Virus record (IMG/VR): IMGVR_UViG_3300012936_000109
Span: 1 to 29,355 of that record
Direction: 5' to 3' (one strand)
Source: a virus
DNA length: 29,355 bases
Positions 25,052-29,355 of the stretch are shown in pieces (position 1 is the first letter of the stretch; every line of letters begins with the position of its first letter). The position numbers and the translations under genes were made by a program. A model generated the notes under the pieces. That model had not been told where the DNA came from. It ran no database searches and saw only the letters and a program-made list of their open reading frames with translations.

Positions 25052-26355
25052 AGTCCGAATGTATTAGTTTTTTCATCTATAAATTTACATATCTCTCCTC
25101 TGAATGTGATATCAGTAGTACCAGTCTCTCCATGTCTGTTTTTGGCTAGTAGTATTTTACATGCTTTGTCATCTGTAGATTTACTATAGTATCCATCTCT
25201 ATATATAAACATTACCATATCAGCATCCTGCTCTATAGCTCCACTCTCTCTCAAGTCAGACAACATAGGAGTTTTATCAGCTCTACTCTCTACAGCTCTG
25301 CTCAGCTGAGATAGACATATCACTGGTATCTCTAACTCTTTTGCTAGTACTTTTAGCTGTCTAGATATATATGATATTTGTTGCTCTCTATTTTGCTGTT
25401 TATTCTGTCTATCCTGTCCCTGTATTAGCTGTAGATAATCTACTACTATCATATCTATTTTACTCTCATGATTGAGTTTCCTAGCTATAGTCCTCAGCTG
25501 ATATATGTCTAGAGCTGCACTGTCATCTATTATGATACGATTATTATTTACTATAGGTCCAATATCCTCATGCATTTTTCTATACTCACTATCTGTCATT
25601 TTTCCTCTTTTGATTCTATCATGTTCTATATCAGATTGTGAGCTGAGTAGTTTGTATCCTATCTCTGGAGCACCCATTTCTAGACTGAATAGTAGAGTAG
25701 TATGTCCATGATGTGCAGCTGTAGTCATAAAATTTAGTGCCAATGTAGTTTTTCCCATACCAGGTCTAGCTGCTAGTATAATCAGCTCTCCACTATTGAA
25801 TCCATTAGTTAGTCTATCTAGATACTGATATCCAGTAGGTATACCAGTTATACTACCAGTATTATTACTAGCCTTTTCTATCCTCTGTAGACTATCTGCT
25901 ATGACCTCTGTGATACTATGATAGGACCTAGATTTAGCATGTCTAGATACTGTATCTGTCAGCTGAGCTACACTGGATAGTATATCAAATACATCCTCAC
26001 TATTATCATGTACTCTATCTATTAGTCTATGTGCTTTGAGTAGCTCTCTCCTCATCTGATACTCTTTGAGTAGTAGACAATGCTCCTCTATATTCATAGA
26101 TGTACTGACTGTTGTATCTACTATATCTGTGATATCTACTTTATTTTTTAGAGCCTCTGATACTGACATTACATCTGGATATTTTCCCTGGTTATATAGT
26201 GATATGCATGTATCATATATCTGTGCATGATTTTTTTCTATAAAACAATCCTTTGATACTAGGTCTGCTATAGTATGTAGGTCATCACTATTGACCATCA
26301 TAGCACCTATCACAGCTCTCTCTATGTCTGGAGCTGATGGTATTTTGTTTTTCAT
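25048..26355 (-). CDS. dnaB: Replicative DNA helicase, DnaB family
   Basis: The N-terminal DnaB domain pattern (PSAPDIERAVIGAMM) is followed by Walker A AARPGMGKTT, Walker B MIVVDYLQL, and the typical C-terminal RecA-like motifs. Confidence 0.9.
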   Translation of the reverse strand: MKNKIPSAPDIERAVIGAMMVNSDDLHTIADLVSKDCFIEKNHAQIYDTCISLYNQGKYPDVMSVSEALKNKVDITDIVDTTVSTSMNIEEHCLLLKEYQMRRELLKAHRLIDRVHDNSEDVFDILSSVAQLTDTVSRHAKSRSYHSITEVIADSLQRIEKASNNTGSITGIPTGYQYLDRLTNGFNSGELIILAARPGMGKTTLALNFMTTAAHHGHTTLLFSLEMGAPEIGYKLLSSQSDIEHDRIKRGKMTDSEYRKMHEDIGPIVNNNRIIIDDSAALDIYQLRTIARKLNHESKIDMIVVDYLQLIQGQDRQNKQQNREQQISYISRQLKVLAKELEIPVICLSQLSRAVESRADKTPMLSDLRESGAIEQDADMVMFIYRDGYYSKSTDDKACKILLAKNRHGETGTTDITFRGEICKFIDEKTNTFGL

Positions 26356-26768
26356 GATATGATTTTTTTGATTGGTTTTAATGGTTTATATTTTTTATCA
26401 TTTTTGTAATATGACATTTTTGCTGAGCTGGTTTTACATGCAGCTCTATTAGATTGATATTTTTTCCAGCTAAGTATCTGTATCACAGAGCATTTATTAT
26501 ATGTTTTTTTAGATATCTGTTTATCATTTACTAGCTTTTTGATTATCCTATAGCACTGCATCTCTGGTATACCAGTCTCATCAGACAGTCCTCTCATACT
26601 ACATAGTATCTGTCCAGGTCTGATAGTATATTGTCGCTTTTTAAACTTCCAGGTAGACCCACTATGACTAGCTCTGATGAGTAGATGGAGCCATAGATGT
26701 ATGTACTGTGATTTTTTGTACCATCTATTTTGTGTTATTTTTCTATGTATTTTGATATATCCTTTCAT
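26352..26768 (-). CDS. Replisome organiser / replication initiator-like winged-helix protein
   Basis: MKGYIKIHRKITQNRWYK...LWLHLLIRA...RPGQILCSMRGLSDETGIP...YRIIKKL is the common phage replication-protein N-terminal pattern. It lies directly upstream of dnaB with a 4-nt overlap. Confidence 0.55.
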   Translation of the reverse strand: MKGYIKIHRKITQNRWYKKSQYIHLWLHLLIRASHSGSTWKFKKRQYTIRPGQILCSMRGLSDETGIPEMQCYRIIKKLVNDKQISKKTYNKCSVIQILSWKKYQSNRAACKTSSAKMSYYKNDKKYKPLKPIKKIIS

Positions 26769-27297
26769 GTCTCAGTGATTTAGTTATACTCATTTTATAT
26801 TTGTACTCAGAGAATGCATCTAGTAGCATTTTTAGCACTTTAGAGACATTTTTATGATTACTATATACTTTTCCCTCAAACTGACCTATGTGCACTGTTA
26901 TGGTCATTTTTGTATCTGTATTTTTTATAGATGGAGTAGCATTGATACCATGCATATGTAGTAGAGTATCATATTTATCTCTATCCATATACTCTAGTTC
27001 ATTGTCACTATTCAGAAATTTCTCCTTTAGTGCATTGTAAAAATACCTATACTCATTCCATCCCTCTATATTTGCATCATGTTTTTGATACTGTACATAG
27101 AAGCTGGCTCTATGTCTACTAGTGACATGCTTTGATAGTGTATTATAGTCTACTCCTAGCTCTCTCATTATCAGATTATTAGCACACACTCTACATAGAT
27201 TATAGTCTCTCTCTCTACATGAGCTGTGATATGCTCCGACTGGTATCCCAGCCAGAGCCTCACTTAATTTTATTATTTTACTGATTTTTGTTTCCAT
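26743..27297 (-). CDS. DnaA C-terminal-domain-like HTH protein
   Basis: SSCRERDYNLCRVCANNLIMRELGVDYNTLSKHVTSRHRASFY resembles DnaA domain IV (R..i...R.ia.yL.rel...s...ig...rdHstv). This is a memory-based call. Confidence 0.4.
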   Translation of the reverse strand: METKISKIIKLSEALAGIPVGAYHSSCRERDYNLCRVCANNLIMRELGVDYNTLSKHVTSRHRASFYVQYQKHDANIEGWNEYRYFYNALKEKFLNSDNELEYMDRDKYDTLLHMHGINATPSIKNTDTKMTITVHIGQFEGKVYSNHKNVSKVLKMLLDAFSEYKYKMSITKSLRHERIYQNT

Positions 27298-27916
27298 ACT
27301 CCTTTATAGCTTTGTCTAGTATATCATGCTGGTCTGCACTGACCTCATAGTCTGATAGTTTAGCTAGGACCTGCTCAGACTTTCCATCTGCTACATAGTC
27401 TAGCATTGCTACTAGTATTTGTTTGGTCATCTTTTTCTTAAATGTATTTTTAGGCTCTCCAGTATATAGACTAGGTTTATACATCTCCTCCAGCTCTGAT
27501 ACATATCTATTGTCATCATATTTACCTAAAAATATATCTGCATTGAATCCTAGTTTAGATAGACCTTTTGTTAGTGCATCTGTACTCACTTTTTTATAGC
27601 ACTCATCATCTAGTTTACCTTTACCAGTATGTGTATTTATAGAGCTATTGATATCATACTCACATATAGTATCATCTATCCTATACCATAGTACAGCCTG
27701 GTATCCTATTAGTCCATCACAGATGAGATTGAATCTCTCATCTTTTACACCCCATCCAGAGCCTATAGGACCGAATTGCTCAGTAGCTATATGCATCTGG
27801 TGCTGTGCATTTACAGTAGTGAATTTTCTACCGAAACCTACCTTTCTAGTATAGTTTGGGTCTGTAGTCTCTACAGCTGACCACAGCCATAGATTGTCTT
27901 TCTTTTTGTTTTTCAT
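27278..27916 (-). CDS. Rad52-like single-strand annealing protein (Sak/DUF1071 type)
   Basis: TDPNYTRKV...FTTVNAQHQMHIATEQFGPIGSGWG and TDALTKGLSKLGFNADIFLG match conserved blocks of Rad52-family phage annealases. Confidence 0.55.
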   Translation of the reverse strand: MKNKKKDNLWLWSAVETTDPNYTRKVGFGRKFTTVNAQHQMHIATEQFGPIGSGWGVKDERFNLICDGLIGYQAVLWYRIDDTICEYDINSSINTHTGKGKLDDECYKKVSTDALTKGLSKLGFNADIFLGKYDDNRYVSELEEMYKPSLYTGEPKNTFKKKMTKQILVAMLDYVADGKSEQVLAKLSDYEVSADQHDILDKAIKEYGNKNQ

Positions 27917-27918
27917 GA

Positions 27919-28203
27919 TTAGATATTTTTAGTTATTATATAATTGTACAGCTCTCCTCCACACTCCTCATCCTCATCTACTACATTCTCTGTTACACAG
28001 ATATATGAATCTACAGCTAGACTTCTCAGCATGCTCTGTAGATTTTCTACAGGCACTCTACTCCAGTATCCGAATCTGAGAGTTATAGCTGGTTTGAGTT
28101 TTAGGAATGTCCCATCTGGGTTTGCATCTGTCATAGTAGTACCCACCTCAAAAGTACCAAATTTTTCCTCTAGGAGGATGAGATGATTTATAGATATTCT
28201 CAT
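27919..28203 (-). CDS. Hypothetical early protein (94 aa)
   Basis: ORF track entry overlapping the upstream gene by 4 nt. No motif recognised. Confidence 0.7.
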   Translation of the reverse strand: MRISINHLILLEEKFGTFEVGTTMTDANPDGTFLKLKPAITLRFGYWSRVPVENLQSMLRSLAVDSYICVTENVVDEDEECGGELYNYIITKNI

Positions 28204-28403
28204 AGTGTTTTTATATATTTAATGTATTGTTTTTTTATATGCTCTTTGTCATGTAGATGTAGTGCCTCAGACATACTCATCACTACATGGATATTCTGTC
28301 CATCTACCACTACATCATAGTACACCTCTCCAGTCTTTGGGTCTGCATATACAGACCATACCTCAGAGACATATACTGATTTGATTTTTGGCTCTTTTGT
28401 CAT
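28200..28403 (-). CDS. Hypothetical early protein (67 aa)
   Basis: ORF track entry with 4-nt overlaps on both sides. Confidence 0.7.
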   Translation of the reverse strand: MTKEPKIKSVYVSEVWSVYADPKTGEVYYDVVVDGQNIHVVMSMSEALHLHDKEHIKKQYIKYIKTL

Positions 28404-28642
28404 ATGTCTAATTTTATAGGATTAGCTATACTATATAGACTGATAGGTTTCCCTAGTTGCTGACTAGCATAGTTTAGATGTTTAGATGTAGTAGGAGAGG
28501 TCGTTCTACCTCCTACATTCCAGTATACTTTATCTATTTTATCATCTGTAATTTTACCTACTATGGTATCATATGAGTATATGTACTCATCATCATAGCA
28601 TAGATTTTGTCTGTATCTGTCAAAATAATATCTGTATTTCAT
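28400..28642 (-). CDS. Hypothetical early protein (80 aa)
   Basis: ORF track entry. The SYDTIVGKI...SPTTSKHLN pattern recurs in uncharacterised phage proteins. Confidence 0.7.
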   Translation of the reverse strand: MKYRYYFDRYRQNLCYDDEYIYSYDTIVGKITDDKIDKVYWNVGGRTTSPTTSKHLNYASQQLGKPISLYSIANPIKLDI

Positions 28643-28643
28643 T

Positions 28644-29078
28644 TTATGATTTTTTTAGTTTTACACTCAGTATTTCTCTCCCTCCTTTGACTATAGGTGG
28701 CTGGACCAGCTCTCCAGTATCAGTATCTACTATACTGTGTTTGATAGCTGATTTGTGTTTGTCTTTTAGTGCTTTCAGCTCCAGCTCTTTTGCTACTATT
28801 TCTGGTATCTCACTGTAGTCATATCTGGTAGCACTATTTTTGATAGTGATTTCAGTATCAGCATATGTGAATGACTTCTGTCCATACTTTGTAGCCTCAT
28901 CTATAGTGAGGTCCTGTAGGTGGTTTTTAGCCTGTTTTAGAGCCTCCTCTATCTTTTTTATAGTGATATATACCTCCAGAGGGTTTAGGTCTCCAGAGAG
29001 GACCTTTGATACTAGGCTGTCTACAGCTCTAGGTATCTCATTTTGTTTAGATATCTCCATACTAGTATATCCTTTCAT
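28644..29078 (-). CDS. Siphovirus Gp157-like protein (recombination-module associated)
   Basis: It has a helical N-terminus with NPLEVYITIKKIEEALKQ, then ...YDYSEIPE...ELVQPPIVKGGREILSVKLK. This resembles the Gp157 family often found next to phage annealases. It is a weak call. Confidence 0.35.
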   Translation of the reverse strand: MKGYTSMEISKQNEIPRAVDSLVSKVLSGDLNPLEVYITIKKIEEALKQAKNHLQDLTIDEATKYGQKSFTYADTEITIKNSATRYDYSEIPEIVAKELELKALKDKHKSAIKHSIVDTDTGELVQPPIVKGGREILSVKLKKS

Positions 29079-29355
29079 TTCTCATTTCACTTCTCATCCT
29101 CCTCCTATATCTCTCTAGTCTGATGATATCTGTCATGGCTTTTCTGACCTCATTAGCACAGTCAGCATATGCAGCACCTACACTACTATCTACATCTTTA
29201 GTAGACAGTGCATGAGCTATATTCTCCATGATACTAGCTCTGAGATTTAGCTCATTATATACATTCTCTGCATCAAAAGTAGATAGACCCTCTAGTCTGA
29301 ATTGTTTCTCTATTTTCTCAGTAGTTTTTTTGTCTTTAGCTTTTAGTAGCTCTAC
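29062..29355 (-). CDS. Hypothetical protein, 3' part of the junction-spanning ORF (29233..29355 duplicates 1..123)
   Basis: Manual translation continues ...IMENIAHALSTKDVDSSVGAAYADCANEVRKAMTDIIRLERYRRRMRSEMRNERIY and stops at TAG 29064-29062. It overlaps the next gene's start by 17 nt. Confidence 0.7.
   Translation of the reverse strand, partial: VELLKAKDKKTTEKIEKQFRLEGLSTFDAENVYNELNLRASIMENIAHALSTKDVDSSVGAAYADCANEVRKAMTDIIRLERYRRRMRSEMRNERIY
29233..29355. repeat. Terminal direct repeat, copy 2 (identical to 1..123)
   Basis: Same 123-nt string as the window start. Confidence 0.95.

Noticed and set aside
1914-29118. All other plus-strand ORFs in the track (for example 1914-2240, 4252-5737 set, 6741-7119, 10263-10589, 16463-16669, 17165-17787, 18975-19160, 19466-19888, 20538-20792, 22603-23103, 24977-25189, 25505-25711, 27648-28186, 28573-29118)
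   Set aside because: Each lies entirely antisense to a well-supported minus-strand gene. They have S/L/F/C/I-rich composition typical of antisense frames in AT-rich DNA, and none shows a recognisable motif.
1-29355. CRISPR arrays, tRNAs, rRNAs, integrase/lysogeny module, reverse transcriptase/DGR, and toxin-antitoxin pairs
   Set aside because: No spaced direct repeats, no non-coding stretch longer than about 120 nt, and no matching protein motifs were seen in any ORF.

Overview
The window is one complete, circularly closed or terminally redundant dsDNA tailed-phage genome of about 29.2 kb. Bases 1-123 recur exactly at 29233-29355, and one ORF reads through that junction. All credible genes (about 50, including five short ORFs below the track cutoff) lie on the minus strand. 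They are tightly packed, often with ATGA or TAATG overlaps, AT-rich, and lack Shine-Dalgarno sequences. Three intergenic regions carry the Bacteroidota-type TAnnTTTG -7 box, one with a TTTG -33 box at 21 nt, so a Bacteroidota (Flavobacteriia-like) host is inferred. In transcription order (high to low coordinates) the modules are as follows. (1) Recombination and replication: Gp157-like, Rad52-like annealase, DnaA-C-like HTH, replisome organiser, DnaB helicase, RusA, and a tiny SSB-like protein. (2) Regulation and modification: sigma-70-like factor, Cys-rich Zn-ribbon protein, ParB-domain DNA methyltransferase, and a mini S-adenosylmethionine decarboxylase homologue. (3) TerS and TerL. (4) Tail genes: a chaperone-like gene with a candidate -1 frameshift, an HK97 gp10-like protein, large tail/baseplate proteins, a fibre-like protein, and a tape-measure-like protein. 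(5) Head genes: XkdF-type protease, scaffold, HK97-fold major capsid protein, putative tail tube, LamG-domain protein, and a portal fused to a MuF-like domain. (6) Lysis: M15 peptidase plus small membrane proteins. (7) A terminal accessory cassette: metallophosphoesterase plus small unknowns with their own host-type promoter. I found no integrase, repressor, tRNA, CRISPR array or transposon, and all plus-strand ORFs in the track look like antisense artefacts. The most striking sequence-level observations are total absence of GATC while CTAG is abundant, the U9 slippery site with a -1 frame extension that exactly fills an apparent gap, the AdoMetDC-like gene coupled to the methyltransferase and terminase, and a strongly non-canonical order of morphogenesis genes.
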